NCBI GenBank assembly: GCA_007713595.1
Contig: VMRY01000015.1
Location: forward strand, 2,244 to 66,243
Reading direction: 5' to 3'
Length of the DNA stretch: 64,000 bases
Source of the DNA: Sedimenticola thiotaurini
Lineage (GTDB): Bacteria; Pseudomonadota; Gammaproteobacteria; Chromatiales; Chromatiaceae
This document shows, piece by piece, positions 21,738-33,323 of this stretch (its first letter is position 1; every line of letters begins with the position of its first letter). The notes under the pieces are model-generated. The model was not told the DNA's origin, ran no database searches, and saw nothing but the letters and a program-made list of their open reading frames with translations. The position numbers and the translations under genes were made by a program.

Positions 21738-23960
21738 TCAAACGTCCCGATGAGCGCTCAAAACATCTGGGAGCTGTGAGATCTTATCGATCAGCCGACT
21801 CAATTGCCGCATGCTCGAAATCTCCACAGTAAACCGCATATTAGCCCTCTCCAGCTTCCTGTTTGACTGGGTACTCACGCCCAGTACATCCACCTCTTCA
21901 TTGGTCAGGATGGCAGATATATCCCTTAGCAATCCCTTTCGGTCTGTCGCAACGACTCGAATATCGACCGGATAAAATGCTGACGAACCCTCTTCGGCCC
22001 AGGTAACGTCAATCAGACGCTGCAAATCATCACCTTTCAGGTGGGTGATTTTACTACAGTCCGATCGATGTACAGTAACGCCACGACCACGGGTGATAAA
22101 ACCGAGAATCTGATCATTTGGCACCGGCTTGCAACAGCGTGCCATGTGAGTCATCAGGTCATCCACACCTTCAACAACCACCTCGCTTCTGGTACTTTTT
22201 GATGTTTTTGCCGGCTTTCGATGTGTAATGGGCACCACGCCAGTGGCAATTCTTGCTGGCGTCGCATGCGCTACGCCCATAGAAGCTACCTGTATCGGCG
22301 AAACTTCTCCACGACCAATAGCCGCCAATAAATCATCACTCTTTTTGAAATTAAACCGCTTTGCAGCAAGCGCCAGATCGGGCTTCGGCACACTGAGTCG
22401 ACCTACTTCACGATCCAGACTCACTTTTCCATCATGTAGATGCTGCTCGTAATCCTGGTGCTTGAACCACTGTCTTACCCGGTTTCTAGCCCGACTGGTT
22501 TTCAGATAACCTAGATGCGGACTCAGCCAATCACGACTGGGACCACCCTCTTTTGTAGTAAGAATCTCCACTAGCTGACCACTCTCGAGGGGATAGGTCA
22601 GCGGTTTGATCTTTCCATCAATTTTGGCACCGCGGCATCGATGACCGACATCTGAGTGTATTGCATAGGCAAAATCCACCGCTGTGGCGCCTTTTTGTAG
22701 CTCAATAACATTGCCTTGAGGCGTCAGCACATAGACCTGCCGCGACTCAAATTCACTCTTCATGTTGTCAACAAAATCTTCCGAACCGGCTGGGTCATCC
22801 TTCACCTCAATCCAGTTACGCATAAGGGATACGCGCCGCTCAAACTCGGCATCCCCTTTAGTACCACCCTCTTTGTAGCGCCAATGTGCTGCCACTCCCA
22901 ACTCAGCATGTTCATGCATATCGTGGGTTCGAATCTGTATCTCTAGCGTCTTATCCTCAGGCCCTATCACGGCAGTGTGAATGGAGCGGTACATATTGAC
23001 TTTCGGCGTGGCTATATAATCATCAAACTCACCCGGTATGTGACGCCACAATCCATGGACCACACCAATAGCCGCGTAACAATCAGCAACCGTATCTACC
23101 AACACCCTTACCGCTCGCAAATCGAATATCTGTTCAAAGGGAACCGATTTGCGTTTCATTTTTTTCCAGATGCTATAAATATGCTTCGGCCGACCGGTCA
23201 CTTCCGCATTTATGTGCAGCTCAGAAAACTTTGCCTGGAGCTCATCGATTACATCATCAATGTAATCTTCACGATCGGCACGTCGACCATCCAGTTTCTT
23301 AGCAATATCCTTATAGGTTTCTGGCTCAAGATAACGCAGACAGAGATCTTCAAGCTCCCACTTGATTTGCCAGATACCCAGACGATTGGCCAATGGCGCA
23401 TAGATCTGCTGCGTCTCACGCGCCTCTTTAACCCGCATTGGCTCAGGCAAAGACTTCAGAATGCGCATGATATGCAGACGCTCTGCCAAAACAATCAGCA
23501 CAACCCGGATATCATCCGCGATGCTGAGCAGCATCCGGCGTAGATTTTCAGTGTGTTCAGCTTCTTTATTGTGCTGACTATTCTCCCTGCCCCGGGAGAC
23601 AAAGCCAATTCGCGCCATATCACTGACCATACGGGCAACGCTCACGCCGAACTGCTTCTCAAGACGGGAAAGATTGACCTGATCACCAGGCAGGACATCA
23701 TGAAGAATGGCCGCTGCCAGAGTCTCCCAGTCCAGTTCCATTTCGGCCAAAATCTCAGCCACAGCAAGGGCGTGGCGCAGGGTCGTTTCTCCTGTCACCT
23801 CCAGACCTTCACGGTGGATTTCAAAAGCCAAGTCACAGGCTTCATGCAGCTTTTCCATTTCCGCTGCACTACGTTTTACTGAAAGACCAGCCAACCAGAC
23901 ACGTATATCCCGTTCATCCAGCGCGTCATTGTCAGGAAGATTGGTTGTAACACTAACCAT
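21738..23960 (-). CDS. relA: (p)ppGpp synthetase RelA
   Basis: RPKHIYSIWKKM, EFDDYIA (EXDD type), TGS, CCKPVP and ACT domains. Confidence 0.96.
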   Translation of the reverse strand: MVSVTTNLPDNDALDERDIRVWLAGLSVKRSAAEMEKLHEACDLAFEIHREGLEVTGETTLRHALAVAEILAEMELDWETLAAAILHDVLPGDQVNLSRLEKQFGVSVARMVSDMARIGFVSRGRENSQHNKEAEHTENLRRMLLSIADDIRVVLIVLAERLHIMRILKSLPEPMRVKEARETQQIYAPLANRLGIWQIKWELEDLCLRYLEPETYKDIAKKLDGRRADREDYIDDVIDELQAKFSELHINAEVTGRPKHIYSIWKKMKRKSVPFEQIFDLRAVRVLVDTVADCYAAIGVVHGLWRHIPGEFDDYIATPKVNMYRSIHTAVIGPEDKTLEIQIRTHDMHEHAELGVAAHWRYKEGGTKGDAEFERRVSLMRNWIEVKDDPAGSEDFVDNMKSEFESRQVYVLTPQGNVIELQKGATAVDFAYAIHSDVGHRCRGAKIDGKIKPLTYPLESGQLVEILTTKEGGPSRDWLSPHLGYLKTSRARNRVRQWFKHQDYEQHLHDGKVSLDREVGRLSVPKPDLALAAKRFNFKKSDDLLAAIGRGEVSPIQVASMGVAHATPARIATGVVPITHRKPAKTSKSTRSEVVVEGVDDLMTHMARCCKPVPNDQILGFITRGRGVTVHRSDCSKITHLKGDDLQRLIDVTWAEEGSSAFYPVDIRVVATDRKGLLRDISAILTNEEVDVLGVSTQSNRKLERANMRFTVEISSMRQLSRLIDKISQLPDVLSAHRDV

Positions 23961-24391
23961 CTGAATTCCTTGATGATATTACAAATAAACAGTGCCAACC
24001 CCGGAAAACAGGGCCAACATTTTGTCACAATTGTTCTTATTATTACTGCACCTAAGTATTGGTGCTAGGCAGGGCATTTTCCACTCCGACTTAAAATAAT
24101 CGGGTAATTTCCCTGATTACTTTTAATAAGCGGTGGGTATTATTCAGGAATTCGCAGGTAATGCCAAACCAGAACGCTGAATTAGTTAGGTTCATGTATA
24201 AAGATTGGAACTCTGTCTAGAAAAAGCTGATCACCAGAAAACGGCTGCGGACCAAGTTTCTTTTGGAAGATACGTTGTTGATTGAAGATGACAGTATCCC
24301 CCAAAACGTCACGCTCCCCATTGATCAAAAGCCGCTACAGCCCCGCATTTAATTGAGGACAGCGGTATCAGAATGGGATTATTGAGGTTTT

Positions 24392-25630
24392 TTATAACAG
24401 GTGACTAACCAGGCCATCGGCCAACTTTGGCTCAAACCAGGTGGATTTAGGCGGCATTATCTTGCCCGCATCAGAAACGGCCATCAACGCCGTCATGGAA
24501 GTGGGATATAGAGCGAAAGCAACGGCCCATTCCCCGCTATCAACTCGGTGCTCCAGGGCTTTCAGCCCCCGAATGCCACCAACAAAATCAATACGATTAT
24601 CAGTCCGCTGGTCAGCGACACCCAGTATCGGCTCCAATAACTCATTAGCCAGCAGACTCACATCAAGACTGGCCACGGGATCAGAAACTGGAATACGCTT
24701 TTGATCAAGCGCAAGCCGATACCACGCACCATCCAGATACATACCAAATTGCCCTGTCTCTTCCGGCTTTACCGGATGAGCAGCCTGTTCCACTTTAAAG
24801 TGCTCTCCTACGGCATCCATAAACTGGCTTTTGCTGAGTCCGTTCAGATCCCTGATAATGCGGTTGTAATCCAGGATGCGGGTCTGCTGATGCGGGAAAA
24901 TAACTGACAGAAAATAGTTGTATGGCTCGTCACCTGTGTGCTGCGGATTGGCAGCGGCTCTGGTTGCGGCCACCCTTGAAGCGGCCGCTGAGCGATGATG
25001 GCCGTCGGCGACATAGAGTGCGGGCAGCGCATCAAATAATAACGTCAGGGCAGTTATGCGAGTTTTATCTGACAGCACCCAGATCTGGTGCCTGACGCCA
25101 TCTGCTGCGGCAATATCAATCGCGGCCTCTCCCTCGGCAACACCCGCCAGCAGGTCATCGATTCGATCATCACTGTGATAGACCAGGTAGACAGGTCCAG
25201 TTTGAGCATTCAGTGCATCTATCTGATTAACCCTGTCCTGCTCTTTGGTCGGCCTAGTCAATTCATGGCGCTTAATTCGATCTGTATCATAGGCTGCAAC
25301 CGATGCAGCGGCCACCACACCCAGCTGCGAGTGCTCACCAATCGACAGACGATAGACATAGTAGCAATCACTGTTATCCTGGAGCAGGATGCCCTCATGC
25401 ATCATTTGGGCAAGGTTTTCCGCCGCTTTGGCATAGACCTGTGGTGAATAGGGATCAGTAGCGGGCGGTAGATCCACTTCAGAACGTGAGATATGCAGGA
25501 AGCTCCATGGCTTCCCTTTGACCATCTCCCTTGCCTCTGCTTCACTCATCACATCATAAGGCGGAGCAACTACCTCTGCTGCACGACCTGCAGCTGGTCG
25601 TAATCCGGGAAACGCTCTGATAAGTGTCAT
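24392..25630 (-). CDS. DUF1015 family protein
   Basis: VVAPPYDV, IKRHELTR, YVADGHHRSAAA and MPPKSTWFEPKL. Confidence 0.92.
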   Translation of the reverse strand: MTLIRAFPGLRPAAGRAAEVVAPPYDVMSEAEAREMVKGKPWSFLHISRSEVDLPPATDPYSPQVYAKAAENLAQMMHEGILLQDNSDCYYVYRLSIGEHSQLGVVAAASVAAYDTDRIKRHELTRPTKEQDRVNQIDALNAQTGPVYLVYHSDDRIDDLLAGVAEGEAAIDIAAADGVRHQIWVLSDKTRITALTLLFDALPALYVADGHHRSAAASRVAATRAAANPQHTGDEPYNYFLSVIFPHQQTRILDYNRIIRDLNGLSKSQFMDAVGEHFKVEQAAHPVKPEETGQFGMYLDGAWYRLALDQKRIPVSDPVASLDVSLLANELLEPILGVADQRTDNRIDFVGGIRGLKALEHRVDSGEWAVAFALYPTSMTALMAVSDAGKIMPPKSTWFEPKLADGLVSHLL

Positions 25631-25746
25631 ACTATTCCTCTTTACTATTCACTTTGGCGAGACACCTTTCTAATCCCGGCATTGTTCCAAAGAGACCAGG
25701 GAGTGTCCATATAGTCATGCTTATTATGCTATCAATAAACAAGGGG

Positions 25747-26189
25747 TTATTCATGGATCACTGTCAATCTTCCGGCCCACATTTCAACCATGCACACAAG
25801 TTGTGACTCTTGGAATGGTTTGAGAATACAATCATCGATGACTTGAGCATAGACCCCATCCAGGGACGGGGTATTTACTTCTGATGTCATGGCGATAATA
25901 TGCCGGTAATCATTCCCCTTCATCTGCCGGATAACTTGGGCCGCCTCATAGCCACTCATACCCGGCATATTGATATCCATCAGAATAAGAACTCCTATAC
26001 TGGGTAATCTTCAATTAAAAGCGCCTAAACGCTAAAGATAGAAACAGTCTCGGCAATTGCGTTGCCCTGCTGATCTAACAACTGCTCCAAAACCTGCTGC
26101 CCTTTTTGAACTGCCATCACGCCAAATCCAAACAGCACAATTGTCAGTACGATCAATAAAATGGTCGTTATACGGACGGTTAACATCAT
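25747..26189 (-). pseudogene. Decayed hybrid sensor kinase (TM N-terminus joined to a receiver domain)
   Basis: ATG 26189 opens a TM segment; in-frame TAG at 26027-26025 and 25997-25995; then a frameshift into LILMDINMPGMSGYEA...IIAMT...KPF. Confidence 0.65.
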
Positions 26190-26560
26190 TAGTGATTGCC
26201 AGATCCTTTTGCTTGATTTATGTAGTCGCGAAGTGAACCAGATCGTTGATCTTATCCTGACTGCTTGAGCACTTTTTGATCGGAGGGATTCACTGAAACT
26301 TGAATAAAACTGGCAAGCAAAAGCACATCGACTTGCTACACAAACAGCATTGCTAAGATGCTAACGAACAAAGACAACGTGATAATAGTTTTTTTAGATA
26401 GCGCACAGCTCCATTCCTCCTATCTGGAACCAGATAAGAAACAGAACAGGCGATTTATTCCGACAACTTTCTTGTCGAGTAGTGATGTATCAAGCGGTAA
26501 AAAGGGAATGATTTTTGTTTATGAAGAGCCTGGCTCTCGACTCTATGACTCAATTTGAGT

Positions 26561-26761
26561 TTATTCTCGCTCTTCAATCCAGGCCATTTGAATGGCCTCA
26601 AGAATGCGCTCCCCTGTGTGTTCAGGGTCATCATCAAAATCAGGCAGCGTCTTCACCCAATTATGCAGATCCAAAAAATTGACATAGCGTGGATCGGCAT
26701 CAGGATAGGCTTCATCAAGTTCTATCGCGATATCAAGAGAGTCTGTCCACTTCAACCCCAT
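26561..26761 (-). CDS. iscX: Fe-S assembly protein IscX
   Basis: LKWTDSLDIAIEL and ILEAIQMAWIEE. Confidence 0.96.
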   Translation of the reverse strand: MGLKWTDSLDIAIELDEAYPDADPRYVNFLDLHNWVKTLPDFDDDPEHTGERILEAIQMAWIEERE

Positions 26762-26776
26762 ATCAAATCTCCCGAG

Positions 26777-27115
26777 TTAATGAGTTTCTGAAACCATATT
26801 AATGGTGTACTTGGGGATCTCTATAACCAGATCCTGATCACCCACTACAGCCTGACAACTCAGGCGCGATTCAGGTTCCAGTCCCCAGGCCTTGTCCAGC
26901 AGATCCTCTTCTACTTCGTCGGCCTCACCCAGCGTATCAAAACCCTCCCTGACAATGACATGGCAGGTGGTACAGGCACAGGACTTTTCACAGGCATGCT
27001 CTATCTCTATACCATGTTGATTTGCGGCATCACAGATGGTCACGCCGGGCTCCACATCAATCACTGCCCCTTCTGGACAGATCTCTTCATGTGGAAGAAA
27101 GATTAATTGAGTCAT
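26777..27115 (-). CDS. fdx: ISC [2Fe-2S] ferredoxin
   Basis: HACEKSCACTTCH and SRLSCQ. Confidence 0.98.
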   Translation of the reverse strand: MTQLIFLPHEEICPEGAVIDVEPGVTICDAANQHGIEIEHACEKSCACTTCHVIVREGFDTLGEADEVEEDLLDKAWGLEPESRLSCQAVVGDQDLVIEIPKYTINMVSETH

Positions 27116-27138
27116 GATGAATTCTATGGCCTCTGCTG

Positions 27139-29010
27139 CTATTCAAAATCGTCCACGCTGTGGCCTGACATGGCCCTGCGAACACTTGCATTCATGCGTC
27201 GTTCTACATAGAACTCGCAACTTTTTTCCAACGACTCCACTGCCGCTTTGATCTTAGCATGACTGTCACTGTTAATGGTGGCCGCCAAATTGCTCAGGGC
27301 CGATTCCACTCTGTCACGCTCTTCCGTATTCAGCAGCTCACTACCATCATCAGCAAGCGCTGCTTTTAGCGCTTCAATTACCCGCTCGGCTTCAACTTGC
27401 TGCTCACGCAGTTTGCGCGCTTCCATATCATCCTGCGCATGATCGATTGACTCCTTCAACATGGATTCAATCTCACCATCAGTCAAACCATAAGAGGGCT
27501 TGACCTCAACACTCGCCTTGACGCCACTACTCTGCTCTTCCGCTTCAACACTCAGCAGACCATCCGCATCAACCGAAAAGGTTACACGAATGCGCGCCGC
27601 GCCCGCCACCATCGGTGGAATGCCCCGCAGCTCAAAACGGGCCAGCGAACGATTATCTGTTACCAATTCACGTTCACCCTGCAGCACATGAACCGCCATG
27701 GCTGTCTGGCCATCCTTGAATGTGGTGAACTCCTGAGCCCTGGCCACAGGAATGGTGGTATTGCGCGGAATAATCTTCTCGACCAGCCCACCCATTGTCT
27801 CGATACCCAGCGAGAGGGGATTTACATCCAGCAGCAGCATCTCGCTATCCGGTTTATTACCTACCAGGATATCTGCCTGAATAGCAGCGCCAATTGCTAC
27901 AACACGATCCGGATCTATAGTTACCAGTGGGTCTGCCTTAAAAAATTCGCCGACCAATTCACGAACCCGCGGCACCCGGGTCGAGCCACCCACCATGACA
28001 ACATCTTCAATATCTTCCGTGCTCAGACCGGCATCACGCAATGCACGCCGACAGGGGGCAAGTGTCTTGCGTATCAGCGGATCAACCAACGTGTTGAACT
28101 GATCACGACTGAGATCACCCTGCCAGGTTGTTCCATCGGCAAGTGATACATCGATCTGCACATGGTCTGTCTCTGATAGAGCCTCCTTGGCAGCACAGGC
28201 AATCTGCAGCAGGCGTCGCAACATGGAGTGGTCTGCATCCCGACTGATACCGGCCTGCTGCATAATCCATTCAGCTACGGCGTGATCCAGATCATCACCA
28301 CCCAGAGCAGAGTCACCCCCCGTTGAGAGGACTTCAAAGACACCCCGGTTCAATCGAAGGATGGAGATATCAAAAGTACCGCCACCCAGATCGTAAATGG
28401 CGTGAACACCATCTGCCTTACTATCCAATCCATAGGCAACCGCCGCCGCCGTGGGTTCATTCAACAGGCGCAGTACCTTCAAACCGGCAATCGTCGCTGC
28501 GTCTTTTGTTGCCTGCCGCTGGGCATCATCGAAATAGGCGGGGACGGTAATGACAATCCCTTCCAATTCACCACCTAATGACTCCTCGGCACGTTTAACC
28601 AGTACCTTTAGAATCTCAGAGGAGACTTCGATCGGACTAACTGCACCCCGCACTGTTTTTATCCGGGGAACAACCGCTTCTGCATCCTGAAAATTATAGG
28701 GCAGACTGCTGCCAAGCGATTTGATATCTGAAAGGCCTCGACCTATCAGTCGCTTCACAGAAATGATTGTATTCATTGGGTCCGAGGCGGAGTGCGCCCA
28801 GGCCTTCCGACCGACCACAACACCATCCTCAGCATAGTGGACGACTGAGGGTAACAGATGTTCACCCTCACTATCGGCAAGTGTCACAGCCTTACCACTG
28901 CGTACTGTGGCAACAAGGGAATTGGTTGTTCCCAGATCAATACCAACGGCCAGTCTATGCTGATGAGGTGCCGCTGATTGACCGGGTTCAGAAAGTTGTA
29001 ATAAAGCCAT
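27139..29010 (-). CDS. hscA: Fe-S chaperone HscA
   Basis: [12 protein letters not shown] and DLGGGTFD Hsp70 motifs; MALLQ.SEPG start; isc context. Confidence 0.98.
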   Translation of the reverse strand: MALLQLSEPGQSAAPHQHRLAVGIDLGTTNSLVATVRSGKAVTLADSEGEHLLPSVVHYAEDGVVVGRKAWAHSASDPMNTIISVKRLIGRGLSDIKSLGSSLPYNFQDAEAVVPRIKTVRGAVSPIEVSSEILKVLVKRAEESLGGELEGIVITVPAYFDDAQRQATKDAATIAGLKVLRLLNEPTAAAVAYGLDSKADGVHAIYDLGGGTFDISILRLNRGVFEVLSTGGDSALGGDDLDHAVAEWIMQQAGISRDADHSMLRRLLQIACAAKEALSETDHVQIDVSLADGTTWQGDLSRDQFNTLVDPLIRKTLAPCRRALRDAGLSTEDIEDVVMVGGSTRVPRVRELVGEFFKADPLVTIDPDRVVAIGAAIQADILVGNKPDSEMLLLDVNPLSLGIETMGGLVEKIIPRNTTIPVARAQEFTTFKDGQTAMAVHVLQGERELVTDNRSLARFELRGIPPMVAGAARIRVTFSVDADGLLSVEAEEQSSGVKASVEVKPSYGLTDGEIESMLKESIDHAQDDMEARKLREQQVEAERVIEALKAALADDGSELLNTEERDRVESALSNLAATINSDSHAKIKAAVESLEKSCEFYVERRMNASVRRAMSGHSVDDFE

Positions 29011-29033
29011 AGTCAGAACAGTTTCGTGATAAA

Positions 29034-29579
29034 TTACAGGGCATCATCCAGCTCCGCCTCAATAGATTCCGCATCAAACCGCAGTTTTTTCAGGAATTGC
29101 ATCTTGAAGAGATTTTCCCTGGCTGCACTGAGTTGTTCGGGTGTTGCCGCTTCAAACTGAAGAGCCATCTGACCAATCAGCGTATTGATACGTCGATTCA
29201 CTTCAGCCATAAGATCGCTGATAACCGCATAGGGATCTGGCTTTTTGCGGGCATCCTCAAGTTCTTCACGCAGCTCCAGCTGCTCCATCAGAAAAACCGC
29301 ATCATGCGTGGTATCCTGCCGATCATCCATATCGATGCCATTTAGCTTGAGCAGATAACGGGCGCGCATTATGGGATCTTTAAGGGTCTCGTGCGCTTCA
29401 TTGATCAGAACGGAGCCCTGCATGGAAAGGCGGCGTTCCTGTTCAGTTGCATTGGCAAACCGGTCCGGATGCACACTCTTCTGCAACTCACGATAGTGAG
29501 TGGCGAGCTGATTCGCATCTACGATATACCCTACCGGTAGCCCAAACAACTCAAAGTAGTTCTTTGAGAAATCCAGCAT
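29034..29579 (-). CDS. hscB: Co-chaperone HscB
   Basis: NYFELFGLP; J-domain HPD. Confidence 0.97.
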   Translation of the reverse strand: MLDFSKNYFELFGLPVGYIVDANQLATHYRELQKSVHPDRFANATEQERRLSMQGSVLINEAHETLKDPIMRARYLLKLNGIDMDDRQDTTHDAVFLMEQLELREELEDARKKPDPYAVISDLMAEVNRRINTLIGQMALQFEAATPEQLSAARENLFKMQFLKKLRFDAESIEAELDDAL

Positions 29580-29636
29580 CGTTTTGTGCTATGTAGTTAT
29601 TTGAGGTTAAGAGTCAGGATTGATCTTGAGCACAGA

Positions 29637-29960
29637 TCAGACATTAAAGCTTTCACCACAACCACAAGCATCCTTGACGTTGGGGTTGTTAAACTTAAAG
29701 CCCTCATTCAGCCCTTCACGGGTGTAATCCAGTTCAGTGCCATCAAGATAGAGCAGACTCTTGGGATCAACCAGCACTTTGACGCCGTGTTGTTCGAAGA
29801 TCTGATCATCCGCTTCACTCGCATCAGCGAACTCCAGCACATAAGCCATACCGGAGCATCCCGAAGTACGAACCCCAAGCCTTATACCTACGCCAGAACC
29901 TCGATTATCCAGATAATTACGGACATGTTTGGCAGCCGCTTCTGTAATGGTAATTGTCAT
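29637..29960 (-). CDS. iscA: Fe-S assembly protein IscA
   Basis: TSGCSG and CGCGESF. Confidence 0.98.
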   Translation of the reverse strand: MTITITEAAAKHVRNYLDNRGSGVGIRLGVRTSGCSGMAYVLEFADASEADDQIFEQHGVKVLVDPKSLLYLDGTELDYTREGLNEGFKFNNPNVKDACGCGESFNV

Positions 29961-30036
29961 ATCGTCTCACTTCCGGGGACGGTGTTACCCACCCCCGATC
30001 CATACTTCCTATAGAGGCAATATAATGCCTTAACGG

Positions 30037-30423
30037 CTAGCCCTTTGCATTCTTTGTAGCATAATCCTGTACAGCAGCCTTGATCGCATCCTCTGCAAGT
30101 ACTGAGCAGTGGACCTTCACTGGCGGAAGCGCCAGCTCTTCAGCAATTTGCGTATTCTTGATCTGCTGAGCCTCTTCCAGGGTCTTGCCTTTGACCCACT
30201 CGGTCAACAGACTGCTGGAGGCAATGGCAGAGCCGCAGCCATAGGTCTTGAACTTGGCGTCTTCAATCACACCCTGATCATTGACCTGTATTTGCAGGCG
30301 CATTACATCGCCACAAGCAGGTGCTCCCACCATACCGGTGCCAACATTCTTGGCGTTTTTATCCATATTCCCGACATTGCGGGGGTTCTCATAATGGTCT
30401 AGGACCTTGTCGCTGTAAGCCAT
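30037..30423 (-). CDS. iscU: Fe-S scaffold IscU
   Basis: YSDKVLDHYENPRN, APACGDVM and LPPVK.HC. Confidence 0.98.
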   Translation of the reverse strand: MAYSDKVLDHYENPRNVGNMDKNAKNVGTGMVGAPACGDVMRLQIQVNDQGVIEDAKFKTYGCGSAIASSSLLTEWVKGKTLEEAQQIKNTQIAEELALPPVKVHCSVLAEDAIKAAVQDYATKNAKG

Positions 30424-30524
30424 AATCTATTATCTCCGGATTCGGTACCTGCCTATTAAAGACCAAGGTACTTATAAACTGCTAACGGTTAAACCCTTTA
30501 CTTTATTCGGTTAAACACAATGGA

Positions 30525-31739
30525 TCAGTGTGCTGCCCATTGCACCGATTTAAGGTCAACCCCCTCCTTAAACATATCCCATAGAGGCGAGAGTTCGCGC
30601 AAACGATTCACTTGATTACTGATCGTATTGATTACGTAATCGATCTCTTCCTCGGTTGTAAAGCGACCAATGGAGAAACGGATTGAGCTGTGTGCCAACT
30701 CATCTTCCCGACCAATCGCCCGCAACACATAGCTGGGCTCAAGACTGGCCGAGGTACAGGCCGAGCCGGAGGAGACAGCGAAGTCTTTCAGTGCCATGAT
30801 GAGTGATTCACCCTCAACATAGGCAAAGCTGACGTTCAGGTTACCTGCAACACGCTGTTCAAGATCACCATTCAGATAGATCTCATCCATGCCTTTAAAA
30901 CCATTCCAGAGACGATCGCGTAGCTGAATAATTCGTTCATTCTCTTGCGCCATCTCCGCTTTTGCAATCTTGAAGGCTTCACCCATGCCAACAATCTGAT
31001 GGGTTGGCAAGGTGCCAGAGCGCATACCGCGCTCATGCCCGCCGCCGTGCATCTGAGCCTCCAAACGCACGCGGGGTTTGCGCCTTACATAAAGGGCACC
31101 GATCCCTTTCGGGCCATAGATTTTGTGTGCTGAAAGTGACAGCAGATCAACCTTTTGGCGCTCCATATCCAGCGGTATCTTGCCTGCGCTCTGTGCCGCA
31201 TCAACATGAAAAAGAATTTTGCGCGCCCGGGTCATCTCGCCAATGGCTTCGATATCCTGCACCACACCTATCTCATTATTAACGTGCATGATTGAGACCA
31301 GGATAGTGTCGTCACGCATTGCAGCTTCAAGCTTACCAAGGTCGATCATGCCGTTCGATTCAGGATCGAGGTAGGTTACTTCAAAACCTTCCCGCTCCAG
31401 CTGACGACAGGTATCAAGGACAGCCTTATGCTCCGTCTTGCAAGTGATAATGTGCTTGCCCTGTCGCTGATAGAAATGGGCCGCGCCCTTAATTGCCAAG
31501 TTGTCCGATTCAGTAGCACCGGATGTCCATACAATCTCTTTTGGGTTGGCATTTAACAATGCCGCAACATCACTCCGCGCCTGCTCTACGGCATCATCGG
31601 CATCCCAGCCAAACTGGTGCGAACGGGAAGCTGGATTGCCAAATTTTCCATCTGGGGTCAGATACTGGCACATTTTCTCAGCAACACGGGGATCCACTGG
31701 TGTGGTTGCCGAATAATCCATGTAGATGGGTAATTTCAT
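30525..31739 (-). CDS. iscS: Cysteine desulfurase IscS
   Basis: [24 protein letters not shown] and SSGSACTS. Confidence 0.99.
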   Translation of the reverse strand: MKLPIYMDYSATTPVDPRVAEKMCQYLTPDGKFGNPASRSHQFGWDADDAVEQARSDVAALLNANPKEIVWTSGATESDNLAIKGAAHFYQRQGKHIITCKTEHKAVLDTCRQLEREGFEVTYLDPESNGMIDLGKLEAAMRDDTILVSIMHVNNEIGVVQDIEAIGEMTRARKILFHVDAAQSAGKIPLDMERQKVDLLSLSAHKIYGPKGIGALYVRRKPRVRLEAQMHGGGHERGMRSGTLPTHQIVGMGEAFKIAKAEMAQENERIIQLRDRLWNGFKGMDEIYLNGDLEQRVAGNLNVSFAYVEGESLIMALKDFAVSSGSACTSASLEPSYVLRAIGREDELAHSSIRFSIGRFTTEEEIDYVINTISNQVNRLRELSPLWDMFKEGVDLKSVQWAAH

Positions 31740-31773
31740 TATCACTCCGATTTTGTATGTAGTCGACAATCGG

Positions 31774-32292
31774 TCAGGCTGTTGCGCCTGAACTCGCCGC
31801 TGTCACGCTAAACTTCACATCTTTTGAGGCAGCAGGCTCATCGGCCACGCGCTTTTTCTCTTGATCCTGCCGCTGTGCAACCTTCTTAACCCCCCGCCGC
31901 TCCATTAGATCGTTCAAGCTGATACGGTTAAGGTAGTCAAATATCTGATCACTCAGGTCATGCCACAAGTCATGAGTCAAACAACGCTCATTATCCTGGC
32001 AGTTATGGCTTCCACCACATCGGGTCGTATCGACTTTCTCATCCACTGCGGTAATAACAGAAGCGACGAATATTTGATCCGCCTCTTTTCCAAGCACATA
32101 GCCACCACCTGGACCACGAACACTGGCTACCAGCAGCTTTTTGCGCAAGCGTGAAAAAAGTTGCTCTAGGTAGGAGAGAGAAATACCCTGCCGCTCAGCG
32201 ATATCCGCCAGGGTGATCGGACCCTGACCCTGATGAAATGCCAGATCCAACATCGCGGTGACTGCATAGCGTCCTTTGGTGGTTAACCTCAC
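31774..32292 (-). CDS. iscR: Fe-S cluster regulator IscR
   Basis: [11 protein letters not shown] (GTG start), SVRGPGGGY and C-x5-C-x5-C-x2-H ligands. Confidence 0.98.
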   Translation of the reverse strand: MRLTTKGRYAVTAMLDLAFHQGQGPITLADIAERQGISLSYLEQLFSRLRKKLLVASVRGPGGGYVLGKEADQIFVASVITAVDEKVDTTRCGGSHNCQDNERCLTHDLWHDLSDQIFDYLNRISLNDLMERRGVKKVAQRQDQEKKRVADEPAASKDVKFSVTAASSGATA

Positions 32293-32331
32293 AGCAGATA
32301 CTCCTTAAATATTTGATGACGCTAATATATA

Positions 32332-32356
32332 ATACCTGACTGATTCAGTCAACTAT
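32332..32356 (-). promoter_or_regulatory. IscR type-1 binding site
   Basis: ATAGTTGACTGAATCAGTCAGGTAT matches ATASYYGACTRWWWYAGTCRRSTAT at all 25 positions and overlaps the cysE stop codon. Confidence 0.88.
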
Positions 32357-33180
32357 TTGAGCGATGCATCCTGGGAAGGGGGTGTATCACGGGAAGCCTT
32401 GCCAACATTCTGTATTTTAAGAAGTTCTTCTGCTGTAGAGGCAATTTCACATGAATCTATTTCAGGGAGATCCAGATCCGGACACTCATCATTTACACGC
32501 TTGAGTGCCTGACACATAGACTGCATACGCTGATCCATCACATGGATATGATCGAGCATGCAGTTAATAGCATGGGCGACAGGATCAGGGGCATCGCCGG
32601 TGGCTCCGTAGGCATCAAAACCCATCTTCTCGGCCATCTCGGAACGACGTGTATCTGCTGTGGGTGCTGCCGTTTCGATTAACCGACCAGGAATCCCCAC
32701 AACAGTAGCACCTGCAGGGACTGGCTTCAGAACCACCGCATTGGAACCTATTCGAGCTCCATCTCCAATCTCTATTGGGCCCAATACCTTGGCTCCCGCT
32801 CCCACAACTACATTGTCCCCCAATGTAGGGTGACGCTTGCCTTTTTGCCAGCTGGTGCCACCCAGCGTCACGCCGTGATAGAGCGTGCAGTCATCACCAA
32901 TTACCGCTGTTTCGCCAATCACCACACCCATGCCGTGATCGATAAAGAAACGTCTACCTATAGAGGCACCGGGATGGATCTCAATTCCCGTCAACCAGCG
33001 AGTGAGGGCAGAGAGCATTCGGGCAAACCAGCAGAGCCCGATATTCCAAAGCCAATGAGTCAGACGATGCATCAACAGGGCGTGTAGCCCGGGGTAGGTG
33101 GTGAGTACATCAAAGGCGTTTCGAGCCGCCGGATCGCGGTCAAATACACTGGCAATATCTTCTTTAAGTCGGGCAAACAT
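32353..33180 (-). CDS. cysE: Serine O-acetyltransferase
   Basis: [29 protein letters not shown] and hexapeptide repeats. Confidence 0.98.
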   Translation of the reverse strand: MFARLKEDIASVFDRDPAARNAFDVLTTYPGLHALLMHRLTHWLWNIGLCWFARMLSALTRWLTGIEIHPGASIGRRFFIDHGMGVVIGETAVIGDDCTLYHGVTLGGTSWQKGKRHPTLGDNVVVGAGAKVLGPIEIGDGARIGSNAVVLKPVPAGATVVGIPGRLIETAAPTADTRRSEMAEKMGFDAYGATGDAPDPVAHAINCMLDHIHVMDQRMQSMCQALKRVNDECPDLDLPEIDSCEIASTAEELLKIQNVGKASRDTPPSQDASLK

Positions 33181-33221
33181 TCAGGGGTTCCATTTGAACC
33201 GACACAACGCCGGTCATTTTT

Positions 33222-33246
33222 ATTCCCGACTATTCTACTCGATTAT
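33222..33246 (-). promoter_or_regulatory. Second IscR type-1-like site, upstream of cysE
   Basis: ATAATCGAGTAGAATAGTCGGGAAT has 21/25 matches to the consensus. Confidence 0.55.
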
Positions 33247-33323
33247 TTTCCTGGCTGACTAGCACACATATTCCATGTACTTTATAAGCTAGTTATTTCG
33301 ATTCCAGCACAAGAGTCAGCTGA

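Noticed and set aside
23961-24391. 430-bp intergenic region upstream of relA as a riboswitch or sRNA
   Set aside because: No recognisable conserved motif, terminator or credible ORF.
25995-26027. Two in-frame TAG codons as possible pyrrolysine or readthrough recoding
   Set aside because: A frameshift and loss of the kinase core follow; simple decay explains it.
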